DNA of 64,000 nucleotides from Clostridia bacterium (GCA_036660635.1 JAVXAF010000001.1:17857-81856); one strand, 5' to 3'; shown: positions 46,035 through 56,191, counted from the stretch's first letter. Made by a program: numbers and translations. Notes: a model not told the origin generated them from the sequence alone.

Positions 46035-47051
46035 ATGAAGATAGGAAAACAAACTATACAACTTAAAAATACGCCAAAAATCCTTACTACTTCTAGTATT
46101 GTAGGTCCAAAAGAAATGCAAGGCCCCCTTAGCATATACTTTAGTATGCACACTGATGATCCATACTTTGGCGAAAAAACTTTTGAAAAGGCTGAGAGTA
46201 GTATGCTAAAAAAGTGCATTGAAAATTTAATTTCTTCAGTTCCTACAGATAACGAAAGTATTGATTACATATTTGCAGGTGATTTACTAAATCAATGCAT
46301 TTCTTCTGGATATTGTATAAGAGATCTTGGAATTCCTTTTATTGGGCTTTATGGTGCATGCTCCACTTTTTGTGAATCACTAATGCTTGCTTCTTTATTT
46401 ATAGACACAAATAATGCATCCAAAACTATAGCAGCAACATCCTCTCATTTTTGCAGTGCAGAAAAACAGTTTAGGATGCCTTTAGAGCATGGAAATCAAA
46501 AAAGTCCAACTGCTCAATGTACTGTGACAGGAAGTGGAGCTGCAATTGTAGTCCAAAAAGATATTGGCTTAAAAGGTCCCTATATAACATATATAACACC
46601 AGGGAAAATTATAGATCTTGGAATAAGTGATATAACAAATATGGGAGCTGCAATGATGCCTGCTGCTTTTAATACTATAATGACACATTTAAAAGATACA
46701 GGCAGAAAAGCAAATTATTATGATGCAATTGTAACAGGAGATTTAGGGGTTTTAGGATCTGAGCTTTTAGTGGAACAATTTAAAAAAGAGGGCGTTAATA
46801 TTCAAGGTATACACGCAGATTGCGGAGCTTTGATTTATGATCCTAAAACACAAGACACTCATTGCGGTGGAAGTGGATGTGGATGCATGGCTAGTGTATT
46901 TAGTGGATATTTTTTCGAAATGTTAAAAACTAAAAAAATGAATAAAATTTTAATTGTTGCAACAGGTGCATTAATGAGTCCAATATCTTCTATGCAAGGT
47001 GAAACTATACCTGGTATTGCACACGCTGTTGCAATAGAAAACGAGGTATAA
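46035..47051 (+). CDS. spoVAD: Stage V sporulation protein AD
   Basis: 338-aa thiolase-like fold protein at the operon position. Confidence 0.85.
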   Translation: MKIGKQTIQLKNTPKILTTSSIVGPKEMQGPLSIYFSMHTDDPYFGEKTFEKAESSMLKKCIENLISSVPTDNESIDYIFAGDLLNQCISSGYCIRDLGIPFIGLYGACSTFCESLMLASLFIDTNNASKTIAATSSHFCSAEKQFRMPLEHGNQKSPTAQCTVTGSGAAIVVQKDIGLKGPYITYITPGKIIDLGISDITNMGAAMMPAAFNTIMTHLKDTGRKANYYDAIVTGDLGVLGSELLVEQFKKEGVNIQGIHADCGALIYDPKTQDTHCGGSGCGCMASVFSGYFFEMLKTKKMNKILIVATGALMSPISSMQGETIPGIAHAVAIENEV

Positions 47052-47052
47052 T

Positions 47053-47418
47053 ATGAATATGTTTGTCGAACTTTTAAAAGTATTTTTCACAGGTGGAATT
47101 ATATGTATGATTGCACAAATATTAATTGATAAGACAAAAATGACTCCTGCAAGAATACTAGTACTTTTTGTAACACTAGGCGTTATATTAACAGCAATAG
47201 GTATATATGAACCATTAGTACAATTCGGAGCAGCAGGTGCTACAGTTCCAATATCTGGATTTGGATATTCACTTTCTAAAGGTGTAATAAACGAAATTGA
47301 TAAAATAGGATTTTTAGGTATATTTACAGGTGGAGTTAAAGCCACCTCTGCTGGAATAGCAGCAGCTGTTGTATTTGGATACATGTCATCTTTAATAGCA
47401 AAACCTACAATAAAATAA
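47053..47418 (+). CDS. spoVAEB: Stage V sporulation protein AEb
   Basis: 121 aa, paralogous to SpoVAC (GFLAMGY/GAAGATVPISGFG). Confidence 0.8.
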   Translation: MNMFVELLKVFFTGGIICMIAQILIDKTKMTPARILVLFVTLGVILTAIGIYEPLVQFGAAGATVPISGFGYSLSKGVINEIDKIGFLGIFTGGVKATSAGIAAAVVFGYMSSLIAKPTIK

Positions 47419-47479
47419 AAAAAAGGTATAAACTTATATATTTTACACAGAATAATTTTATATGATTTAAGGAGGTTAT

Positions 47480-47662
47480 ATGGATAGTTTAAATCAAATA
47501 GAGTTGCAAAATATTAGACATATATGTTCGCATAGTACAAATTTTTGCAATAAAATAAATTATTATAAAACGTTAACAAACGATAAAAATGCAACGGAGG
47601 TTTTAGATGAAATTTGTACACAGTGTACTAATATTAAGCAAGACCTATCAAACATGATTTAG
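47480..47662 (+). CDS. Small Cys-rich sporulation-associated protein (60 aa)
   Basis: Has an SD (aaggagg). Contains 4 Cys, which may form a zinc ribbon. Confidence 0.4.
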   Translation: MDSLNQIELQNIRHICSHSTNFCNKINYYKTLTNDKNATEVLDEICTQCTNIKQDLSNMI

Positions 47663-47673
47663 GAGGTATTAAA

Positions 47674-47916
47674 ATGACAGAAAAAGCAGGATTAGATGAT
47701 GTTTTATCTACACTTAATTCAACAATAACTTTAATTAATTATTCAATTGAGCAATCTAACAATAAAATCTTTAGAGATACTTTAATCTCATCTAGAGATG
47801 AGTTAGAAAACTCTCAGTGGCAATTATACTTAATTGCAAAAGAAAAAGGATATTATGTTCCAGCCGCGCCAGCAGGTAAAGCGGATATTGAACAAGTAAA
47901 AAAATCAATTTGTTAA
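47674..47916 (+). CDS. Small spore-coat-F-like protein (80 aa)
   Basis: SD aggagg; a weak Coat-F-like pattern (QWQLYLIAKEKGYY). Confidence 0.4.
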   Translation: MTEKAGLDDVLSTLNSTITLINYSIEQSNNKIFRDTLISSRDELENSQWQLYLIAKEKGYYVPAAPAGKADIEQVKKSIC

Positions 47917-47979
47917 CAAAATAAATTCCTACAATATATTTTTATACTGTAGGAATTTATTTTATATCTTTTTTATTTT

Positions 47980-49005
47980 TTATTGTTCTTGTTTATACAC
48001 AAAATTAACTTTATTATTTTCTGGAACAATTTGAACATATGTTATACCATCGTTTAAAACAATTTCTTCACCTTTTTGGTTTAACCATATAGTTTTAGAT
48101 TTAATACTATCTTTTTTCCAAGTTATATCAATACATTTTCCATTTGTAAGATAATAACCCATTCCTGTTGCTACATTATCTAATTCTTGTCTTCCTTTAT
48201 TTTCGCTATCAATTAACGCATAATTTTTCACATACATAATGACAATATTTTTAGCAAAATACTGTTCTTTTGTTTCTCTATCTATATCTTTTATACTTCT
48301 CATACTTCTTAAGAAAACTTTTTTTGTTTCATCATAATCATATGATGTATTATGGAGATTAGAATATGTAATATTTAAACTTTCAACGTTTTTTTCGCTT
48401 TCAAGATTAACCTCATTAACGCTATATTTATACTTTGGCTCACTACTGCCAATAGTCAAATATCCTTTTTTATTAGCCATATTAGTTATATTTTTTATAC
48501 TTGAAAAAGCATTATGATATCCCCCACCAACTCTCCAAAAATAATCATCATATATACCATTTATATTATTTGCACCCATTGACTTTATTGTACTTTCTGC
48601 TTTAGGGCTCCAACCAAAATGTGTATAAATTGCTCCTTGCTCTAATGCATAATGTACAAAATAATGTCTTGCACTTCTTATCGGACCAATTTTTGCCGTA
48701 TCTTTATTCTTAAATAAAGCCATCATTCTTGATTCTCCACCCTCAATCAAAATTTCATATATCATATATGCATCTGATAGCCCCGAATGTGGCCAAGCTG
48801 GTTTTTCATTATCTATCATGACTGCAATTGGTCTGTCTTCTCCAGAATATATTTGTAATTTTTTCTTTTCAACTGGTTTGACTTCTTCAGTTTTATTTAA
48901 ATTAGGATTTTTTATTTGTTTATTATTAAAATAATAAATCGATGCAAGCGTTAAAAGTGCAATAATTAAAATAGTTAATATAGTAATAAAAATTCTTTTT
49001 TTCAT
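47980..49005 (-). CDS. DUF3048-family (YerB-like) membrane-anchored protein
   Basis: Signal anchor, then DRPIAVMIDNEKPAWPHSGLSDAYMIYE. Confidence 0.65.
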   Translation of the reverse strand: MKKRIFITILTILIIALLTLASIYYFNNKQIKNPNLNKTEEVKPVEKKKLQIYSGEDRPIAVMIDNEKPAWPHSGLSDAYMIYEILIEGGESRMMALFKNKDTAKIGPIRSARHYFVHYALEQGAIYTHFGWSPKAESTIKSMGANNINGIYDDYFWRVGGGYHNAFSSIKNITNMANKKGYLTIGSSEPKYKYSVNEVNLESEKNVESLNITYSNLHNTSYDYDETKKVFLRSMRSIKDIDRETKEQYFAKNIVIMYVKNYALIDSENKGRQELDNVATGMGYYLTNGKCIDITWKKDSIKSKTIWLNQKGEEIVLNDGITYVQIVPENNKVNFVYKQEQ

Positions 49006-49007
49006 GT

Positions 49008-49478
49008 TTACCTCATCAAATCATTATCTTTTTTCTTTACAGTTTTAGTTACTTTTTTTTCAATATTTTCTTTTTTGACAACTTCTTTTTCTTTCTTGTT
49101 CTTTTTTAATATATTTTTAGAAATTGTCTTAACCATACCATGAATTTCTTTTTGCTTTAAAATCGGATTTAATTGATATTTAATAAAATATTCAATATAT
49201 AGATCTCTTGCTTCTGACTTCTTTTTCTTCTTTTTCTTCTTCTTTTTATCTATAGTATCTTCAATAAAAAACTCACCATTTTCGTATATAAGTTCTTCAT
49301 TTCCATCCACAAATATAACATATTTATCCATTTTAAGATTTATTTCATCTATTTTTTTATTAAAATCTAATCTTTCATTAATTTCTATTATAATTTTATT
49401 TATTTCATCTTTACTTAATGGTTTGGCTTTATTAATATTTTTAAGCATATCTTTTAAGTTTCCATCTATATCTGACAT
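49008..49478 (-). CDS. Lys-rich hypothetical protein with a K11 run
   Basis: ORF of unknown function containing a K11 run. Confidence 0.45.
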   Translation of the reverse strand: MSDIDGNLKDMLKNINKAKPLSKDEINKIIIEINERLDFNKKIDEINLKMDKYVIFVDGNEELIYENGEFFIEDTIDKKKKKKKKKKSEARDLYIEYFIKYQLNPILKQKEIHGMVKTISKNILKKNKKEKEVVKKENIEKKVTKTVKKKDNDLMR

Positions 49479-49482
49479 AATG

Positions 49483-49887
49483 TTAAACCTCCTTATTAAA
49501 ACTTTCTATACAAATTTTTACTATTTCATCTAACCTTTGATTTTCTCCATTTAAGTATAAATATCCAAGTAAAGCTTCAAATCCTGTTGCTTTTTTATAG
49601 CTTATAACATCAACATTTTTCGATACTGTTACAATATTGGTATTTCTTCCTCTTTTATATATATTTTTTTCTTGTTCTGTTAAATCTTCAAATATTTTAT
49701 CTATGGTGTCTGATTGCCCTCTTGCGCTTACATATTTAATTGACTCAACATGTAGTTTTCCAGTTTTTTTATCACTTATAGACGCCAAGTATGTTCTTAT
49801 ATATACATTATATATTGCATCTCCTATAAAGGCTAAAGTTTGCATTGATATTTTTGATAAATCAATGTTTTTTATATATTCTTCCAT
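49483..49887 (-). CDS. mrnC: Mini-ribonuclease III
   Basis: LAFIGDAIYNVYIR RNase III-like signature; ~134 aa. Confidence 0.85.
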   Translation of the reverse strand: MEEYIKNIDLSKISMQTLAFIGDAIYNVYIRTYLASISDKKTGKLHVESIKYVSARGQSDTIDKIFEDLTEQEKNIYKRGRNTNIVTVSKNVDVISYKKATGFEALLGYLYLNGENQRLDEIVKICIESFNKEV

Positions 49888-50010
49888 TTTATCCCCTTTT
49901 TTTATAATTATATCTCATTTTCATGTGTTTTGCAATAACTAATATATATTATTTTAAAATGCAAAAACCTTATATATGATATAAATCGATATATAAGGTT
50001 AATTACTAAT

Positions 50011-50262
50011 TTAGTGATTATAAAACTCTTCATACTTTGATAAGTTCCAATCTATGGTACCCCAAGCATTTTTAAGCATCAATTCAAGTTTATGAACTCT
50101 AATTCCCGTATCACAAAATTTAGAGCATAAACTTCGGTCAAGTATCATATTAATTTTTTCGTAATCTTTCAGGCATTTTATACATTTTTTGTTTTCCTCA
50201 TCCATTAATTTTACGATATTTTCTTGCTGTTTTTCTAACTTTTTCATAAATACCACTCCCAT
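50011..50262 (-). CDS. Hypothetical small Cys-containing protein
   Basis: ORF with an aggagg-type context. Its function cannot be recognised. Confidence 0.35.
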   Translation of the reverse strand: MGVVFMKKLEKQQENIVKLMDEENKKCIKCLKDYEKINMILDRSLCSKFCDTGIRVHKLELMLKNAWGTIDWNLSKYEEFYNH

Positions 50263-50394
50263 TTAAATTATTATTTGGAATAAAATAAATGATATTATTA
50301 TATCATTTTTTTTGCTAATTTCAAGTGTTTACTAAATTATATGTTGTATTACTCATATATATGTAATATAATCAAAATATATAGGAGGCTTTAA

Positions 50395-50670
50395 ATGGAA
50401 AAAGTTTTAAATGAAAAATCAAACAAACCTTATTCATCTACCAAGGCAATTGTATCATTTGTTTTAGGTTTAATTGGCCTTATTGCTTGGTTTATACCAA
50501 TATTTTCTTATGTAGCATGTATTCCTGGTCTTATCTTTGGATTACAATCAAAAAAAATTAAACATTCCTGGCAATCAACTGCTGGAATAACTTTAAATAT
50601 AATTTCAATATGCTTAGCCGTAATAAATTCAATAATTGGAGTAATAATTAATTTAAATAGCATATTTTAA
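50395..50670 (+). CDS. DUF4190-like small membrane protein
   Basis: SD (aggagg); two TM helices. Confidence 0.5.
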   Translation: MEKVLNEKSNKPYSSTKAIVSFVLGLIGLIAWFIPIFSYVACIPGLIFGLQSKKIKHSWQSTAGITLNIISICLAVINSIIGVIINLNSIF

Positions 50671-50720
50671 TTAATATTTTTCAAAAAACATTGCACTCTA
50701 TCATTAAAGTGCAATGTTTT

Positions 50721-51539
50721 TTAATCCAATATACCAGATAAATCAATATTCCCGTTTTTATTTTCATTTTTATATACATTAATATCTGAAAATAAATAAT
50801 CTTGATTTACAGATACTTCTTTTAACTTACTTAACTCTAAAACCCCAAGAAATGCTGTAACAACTTCTATATTATCACATGAGTTTATATTAAACATATT
50901 ATTAAATACCATTTGATCATTTGTTTTTAAATAACTTACTATTTGTTTTACTTTATCTTTAACCGTATATTTTTCATACATAGCAAGTTTTTCTATTTGT
51001 GCTGATTTTTTATTTATTTTATTTTCATTTCTTTGTAATATATTAATATATATGTCATATATCTGGGACGGAATAATTGCTTGTCCAGAATATTCACTCT
51101 TTTTATTATATTTAATCTTTTCAAATGGTTTTGAAAAACTTCCAAAGTTTTGTTTATATTTTTCATTAATTAATAAAGATATTTCCTTATATTTTTTATA
51201 TGCTATAATTTTTTCTATAATATCTCTTTCGGTAAGAATCTCTTCTTCATCTTCTTTTTGTTCTATTTCAGGAAGCAATTTTCTTGCTTTTATATCTAGC
51301 AATGTTGCAGCCATTAATATAAATTCACTTGCCAAATCAATATTTTTTTCTGTAAGCACATTTATATATTTTATATATTCATCGGTTAATTCACTAATAG
51401 AAATATCAAATATATTCATCTTATTTTTTCCAATTAAATATAATAACAAATCAAGTGGCCCTTCAAAATTTTCTAATGTAAAAGTGAATTTTGACCTGTT
51501 GTTTAAAATAGTATCTTGCATCTTTTTTACCTCTAACAT
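50721..51539 (-). CDS. scpA: Segregation and condensation protein A
   Basis: FEGPLDLLLYLI kleisin motif. Confidence 0.85.
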   Translation of the reverse strand: MLEVKKMQDTILNNRSKFTFTLENFEGPLDLLLYLIGKNKMNIFDISISELTDEYIKYINVLTEKNIDLASEFILMAATLLDIKARKLLPEIEQKEDEEEILTERDIIEKIIAYKKYKEISLLINEKYKQNFGSFSKPFEKIKYNKKSEYSGQAIIPSQIYDIYINILQRNENKINKKSAQIEKLAMYEKYTVKDKVKQIVSYLKTNDQMVFNNMFNINSCDNIEVVTAFLGVLELSKLKEVSVNQDYLFSDINVYKNENKNGNIDLSGILD

Positions 51540-52270
51540 TTTATTGCCAACTCTAAAGCTAGCTTTATCATTTTATCAAATCCAATCTGTCTTTCTGAAA
51601 TAGAAATCGCCTTATTTAATATTGGATTGTCTGAAACAGTAAATATTGCTATAGCATTCTTTTTTGCTATAGCTGCATTAGTATATAGCGATAAAGTTTC
51701 CATTTCAACTCCAATTATATCTTTTTTTGACATTTCTATAAGATCTTCTTTATCCATATAAAACAGATCTGAAGTATATATTTTACCAGCCTTAATAGCT
51801 AAATTCAATTGCTTTGAAATTTCAAACAATTTGCTTAATAAACCTTCTGATACATCAGGGCTAATAATTTTATCTTTTTTTATAATATTTAAATAATTTG
51901 AATCAGTATCCACAGTTTTTGCTACTAATATATCTCTTAGTTTAATTTCATTTGCCTCTTTACTAGCTACAGTATTAGCTAGTGATCCCGCACTTCCTAT
52001 TCTTATAATATTTTCAACATTATAAAAATTAAAAAGTTCATATGAATAAATACCCATTGAAGGGACTCCCATTCCACTACCTTGTATTGATATTTTAATA
52101 CCTTTGTAATATCCAGTAAAGCCAAGCATTCCTCTAACTGTGCTATAACAAGTATAATCTTCTAGAAAATTTTCTGCGATATATTTTGCCCTTAGTGGAT
52201 CTCCCGGCATTAAAACAGTTTTTGCAATTTCTCCTAATTTTGCTGCATTATGAGGTGTTGGTGTATTCAT
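51533..52270 (-). CDS. deoD: Purine nucleoside phosphorylase (DeoD type)
   Basis: TPHNAAKLGEIAKTVLMPGDPLRAKYIAE. Confidence 0.85.
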   Translation of the reverse strand: MNTPTPHNAAKLGEIAKTVLMPGDPLRAKYIAENFLEDYTCYSTVRGMLGFTGYYKGIKISIQGSGMGVPSMGIYSYELFNFYNVENIIRIGSAGSLANTVASKEANEIKLRDILVAKTVDTDSNYLNIIKKDKIISPDVSEGLLSKLFEISKQLNLAIKAGKIYTSDLFYMDKEDLIEMSKKDIIGVEMETLSLYTNAAIAKKNAIAIFTVSDNPILNKAISISERQIGFDKMIKLALELAIKC

Positions 52271-52686
52271 ATATCCTCCCTATTTACAATGTATATACCT
52301 CTTCGATATATATATTGCTTTTTCTTTAATTCATCCATATTTTTACATTTTCCATTAATTAATTTTTTAACTAAATCAGATTCATATCCGTTATTTTTTA
52401 AAATTTCTAACTTTTTTTCAATTATACACTTTTTAATACCCTTTTGCAATAGCTTTTGTTTTATTTCATATATTGAATAATTTAGTAGACGCATACATTG
52501 TCTAATATATGCGTCTACATAGTCCTCATCATCAATATATTTAATTTTCTTTAAATATTCTAATACCTCTTCTATTATCTTTTCTTCAAACCCTGATTTT
52601 AGAAGCTTTTTCCTTACTTCAAATTCTGTTTTTTTAGCTACTACTAAATATTTTACTGCTTTTTCTTTGGCTAATTCAAAACTCAT
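52267..52686 (-). CDS. recX: RecA regulator RecX
   Basis: Follows recA, and is of matching size and helical-repeat composition. Confidence 0.7.
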   Translation of the reverse strand: MSFELAKEKAVKYLVVAKKTEFEVRKKLLKSGFEEKIIEEVLEYLKKIKYIDDEDYVDAYIRQCMRLLNYSIYEIKQKLLQKGIKKCIIEKKLEILKNNGYESDLVKKLINGKCKNMDELKKKQYIYRRGIYIVNREDI

Positions 52687-52707
52687 AAATATATCTCCTA
52701 TATACTA

Positions 52708-53757
52708 TTATTCTTCTACTATGTCTTCATCATCCAAACCAGAAATATCGCCCATACTTTTTTCAAATGCTACACTAAAGTTATCTTTTACTTTAGTTTC
52801 TATTTCTTTCATAATAGTAGGATTATCTTTCAAATATTGCTTTGCATTTTCCCTTCCTTGTCCAATTTTTTGTCCTTCATATGCAAACCAAGCTCCACTT
52901 TTATTAATTATATCTAAATCACTGGCTATGTCTAAAACACATCCTTCATTTGATATACCTTTACCATATTCAATATCAAAAATTGCTTCTCTAAATGGTG
53001 GTGCTACTTTATTTTTAACAACTTTAACTTTTGTTTTAGTCCCTGTTACTTCACCATTAGTTTTAATTGCTTCTTGTTTTCTAACATCTAATCTTACTGA
53101 TGAATAAAACTTAAGAGCCCTACCACCAGGAGTAACTTCTGGATTTCCAAACATAACTCCAACTTTTTCTCTTAATTGATTTATAAAAATAGCAACTGTT
53201 CTAGATTTACTAAGCACTCCTGCTAATTTTCTTAAAGCTTGAGACATAAGTCTAGCTTGCAAACCAATATGACTATCTCCCATTTCTCCATCTATTTCTG
53301 CTTTTGGAACTAAAGCAGCAACAGAATCAATTGTTATTATATCTACAGCTCCGCTTCTTATTAATTGCTCCGCAATTTCCAAAGCTTGCTCCCCTGTATC
53401 TGGTTGAGATACTATTAAATTGTCTATATCCACTCCTAGATTTCTAGCATATACTGGGTCTAATGCATGTTCAGCATCAATAAATGCAGCAATTCCTCCT
53501 AGTTTTTGTGCTTCTGCAATTGCATGTAGTGCAACAGTAGTTTTTCCAGATGACTCTGGTCCAAAAACTTCAATTATTCTTCCTCTTGGAAAACCTCCTA
53601 TACCAAGAGCAATATCTAAACTTAATGCTCCACTTGGTATTGCATCAACACTTACATTTCCAACTTCACCTAATTTCATAACTGCACCCTTACCAAAGTT
53701 TTTTTCTATTTGTGCCATAGCTATGTCTAATGCTTTTTTTCTTTCTTCTGATATCAT
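52708..53757 (-). CDS. recA: Recombinase RecA
   Basis: [12 protein letters not shown] and an unmistakable RecA sequence. Confidence 0.97.
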   Translation of the reverse strand: MISEERKKALDIAMAQIEKNFGKGAVMKLGEVGNVSVDAIPSGALSLDIALGIGGFPRGRIIEVFGPESSGKTTVALHAIAEAQKLGGIAAFIDAEHALDPVYARNLGVDIDNLIVSQPDTGEQALEIAEQLIRSGAVDIITIDSVAALVPKAEIDGEMGDSHIGLQARLMSQALRKLAGVLSKSRTVAIFINQLREKVGVMFGNPEVTPGGRALKFYSSVRLDVRKQEAIKTNGEVTGTKTKVKVVKNKVAPPFREAIFDIEYGKGISNEGCVLDIASDLDIINKSGAWFAYEGQKIGQGRENAKQYLKDNPTIMKEIETKVKDNFSVAFEKSMGDISGLDDEDIVEE

Positions 53758-53776
53758 AATCCATCCTCCTACACTT

Positions 53777-53791
53777 CAAACATTTGTTCGA
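53777..53791 (-). promoter_or_regulatory. Cheo/LexA box (CGAACAAATGTTTG) overlapping the recA transcription start
   Basis: Matches the Gram-positive SOS box CGAACRNRYGTTCG with 2 mismatches. It lies immediately downstream of the -10. Confidence 0.6.
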
Positions 53792-53795
53792 GACA

Positions 53796-53824
53796 ATTGT
53801 ACTACAATATTATTGAGTTGTCAA
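53796..53824 (-). promoter_or_regulatory. recA sigma-A promoter TTGACA-17-TACAAT
   Basis: Read on the minus strand: ttgaca actcaataatattgtag tacaat. Confidence 0.6.
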
Positions 53825-53848
53825 TACTTTTTTACTTTTTTTTAATTT

Positions 53849-55471
53849 TTATAATATCATATCATCCCCACTACTCTCTACTAGCGATGGAATAGTAGTA
53901 TTAATCTCATTTATACCAATATATGGCTTACCAAAATAATATCCTTGCATATATCTAATTCCTATTTTTTTTAGAACATTCATTGTTTCTCTATCTTCTA
54001 CTCCAACAACTATTATTATAATTTCTTTAGATAAAGCATATGTTACTAAATTAGCTAAATAATTTTGTTTTTCATCACTTTTTTTAATATCTTTTATTAA
54101 AGATATATCGGGAATTATATAATCAATATCTAATAAATTTACATCTTCTATTTCTAATGTTCCAACACCAAAATTATCAATTGCAATCTTACCTCTATTT
54201 TTATGAATGGTTGAAAACATCTCTTGAATATGCGAAATATCATTTTTATCGTAATTTTGAAATTCGATTACTACTCTACTTTTATCTAACATGTCATAAA
54301 TTCTTGGCTTATTTATATATTTATCATAACTATGTATATCTGAGTTTACAAACATAAGATCTGCTTCTTTTTTTCGTATATTTTGGAAGGTTTCAATTCC
54401 ACTTATTAACATTGTTTGTTGTATATTATCATATCTACCCATATCTTTTGCATGATTTATAATATCTAGAATATTAACTTTTTTTGCATAATCAACAGCC
54501 GTAAACACTTCATATCCATAAACAGCTTTTTCTTTTACGTCAATAATTGGTTGAAATTTAAATCTTATATTTTTCTTATCTAAAATCCCCTCTACAATTG
54601 AAGTCATCTCTGAGGATGTGATTTCAGTATCATTAATCTGATTTGCCTCATCTATATCTGTATAATCTTTATTTTTTATTCCTGCTAAGATTTCTTGATT
54701 ATCAGTAAAATTAAAATATGTATTAACAAATTCCAAATATTTGGTTTTTACTAATTTATATTTATTATATACCTCCATGCTCTTAGATTTTGAGTCTGCA
54801 TCTTTTACATCTATTAATAAACAAAAGAGCTCTTTACTGTTTTCCAACTCATTTGCGAGAAATTTTAAATTATCATATGTAATTTCGCCTTCATTTATAT
54901 ATTTATCATGATATTTAATTAAAGTAAGTATTATTTTCTTTTCTTCATCAGAAAAATAAAATCTATTTAATATTTCTTTAGATAATTCTACAGACTTATC
55001 ATCATGTCCAGCAAAACTTTCTATTTCATTTTCAGATATAGTTTTAACAAAAGGTTTTCCTAAATCATGTAAAAACATAGTCCATTTTAATAATTTTTTT
55101 TGCCAATCACCTATTGGCATCTGTGGATTTCCAACAGCCTCAATTGTTGTAAGAATATGTTTAAACACACCATATTTATGATATGATGAGTTTTGCTGAC
55201 AATTGATTACGTTTTCTCCATATTCATTTTTAATATAAAATTCTGGAAACAATCTGCAAAAAATCTGATTTTGACTTATTCTTGTTAAAAGATAGGCTAC
55301 ATTCTCATCAAAAAAAATAGCTGTCATAATTTCTGTTAATTCTTTAGGATTGTTTTCATAAAGCTGCAAATTTGAAATAATTGTTTTTAATTTTGCCGCT
55401 TCTTTTAAATCCATTAGATCTGTTTCGATACTCACAGTCTCTAAATCAAAAATACTTTCTTTTAAATCCAT
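53849..55471 (-). CDS. HD-domain + EAL-domain protein (putative c-di-GMP phosphodiesterase)
   Basis: FLHDLGKPF (HD) in the N-terminal half. EAL-like C-terminal half (QPIIDVKEKAVYGYEVF ... IDNFGVG ... YMQGYYFGKP). Confidence 0.65.
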   Translation of the reverse strand: MDLKESIFDLETVSIETDLMDLKEAAKLKTIISNLQLYENNPKELTEIMTAIFFDENVAYLLTRISQNQIFCRLFPEFYIKNEYGENVINCQQNSSYHKYGVFKHILTTIEAVGNPQMPIGDWQKKLLKWTMFLHDLGKPFVKTISENEIESFAGHDDKSVELSKEILNRFYFSDEEKKIILTLIKYHDKYINEGEITYDNLKFLANELENSKELFCLLIDVKDADSKSKSMEVYNKYKLVKTKYLEFVNTYFNFTDNQEILAGIKNKDYTDIDEANQINDTEITSSEMTSIVEGILDKKNIRFKFQPIIDVKEKAVYGYEVFTAVDYAKKVNILDIINHAKDMGRYDNIQQTMLISGIETFQNIRKKEADLMFVNSDIHSYDKYINKPRIYDMLDKSRVVIEFQNYDKNDISHIQEMFSTIHKNRGKIAIDNFGVGTLEIEDVNLLDIDYIIPDISLIKDIKKSDEKQNYLANLVTYALSKEIIIIVVGVEDRETMNVLKKIGIRYMQGYYFGKPYIGINEINTTIPSLVESSGDDMIL

Positions 55472-55632
55472 ATTTTAACCCCTTAAAGATAACTTCTTAT
55501 CTTATAACATCTTACTATAAAAATAATAAAAATTCAAGCTTTATTATTTTAAATTGATATTTGTACAATAACTTTTTCCACTTTGTATCAAAAACTACTT
55601 ATCAAGTATTTTTACTTTTTTATGTATATTTA

Positions 55633-55661
55633 TTGACTTTTGCTTTGTTTAAAGGTATAAT
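55633..55661 (+). promoter_or_regulatory. rplM-rpsI promoter TTGACT-17-TATAAT followed by an ~80-nt leader (possible L13 leader)
   Basis: ttgact tttgctttgtttaaagg tataat. Confidence 0.55.
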
Positions 55662-55743
55662 GTATAAGTATCATATAATGGCGATAAAATATGACCCGGA
55701 AATATTTTTATTGCTAATTTAAATTCAGGAGGAAAAATTAGTT

Positions 55744-56178
55744 ATGAACAATACTACACATAGCGTAAAAGCTAAAGAAATAGAAAGAAAATGGTACATA
55801 ATCGATGCTAATGGAAAGCCTTTAGGAAGAGTTGCTACAGAAGTAGCTAAACTTTTAAAAGGGAAACATAAAACAACTTATTCTACGCATTTAGATTGTG
55901 GTGATCATGTAATAGTTATCAATTCAGATAATATAATTTTAACAGGTGATAAATTAAATCAGAAATTATATAGACATCATTCAGGTTATATTGGTGGAAT
56001 GAAAGAAATGGCATATAGTGATTTAATGAAAAAGGCTTCAGACAAAGCAGTTATGCTTGCAGTTAAAGGTATGCTACCAAAAAATGCTCTAGGAAGACAA
56101 ATGATTGCAAAATTAAAAATATGTAAGGGTGCTGAGCACAGTCATGAAGCTCAAAAACCTGAACTATGGAATTTTTAG
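55744..56178 (+). CDS. rplM: 50S ribosomal protein L13
   Basis: KWYIIDANGKPLGRVATEVAKLLKGKHK. Confidence 0.95.
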   Translation: MNNTTHSVKAKEIERKWYIIDANGKPLGRVATEVAKLLKGKHKTTYSTHLDCGDHVIVINSDNIILTGDKLNQKLYRHHSGYIGGMKEMAYSDLMKKASDKAVMLAVKGMLPKNALGRQMIAKLKICKGAEHSHEAQKPELWNF

Positions 56179-56191
56179 GGGGAATTAAGAT

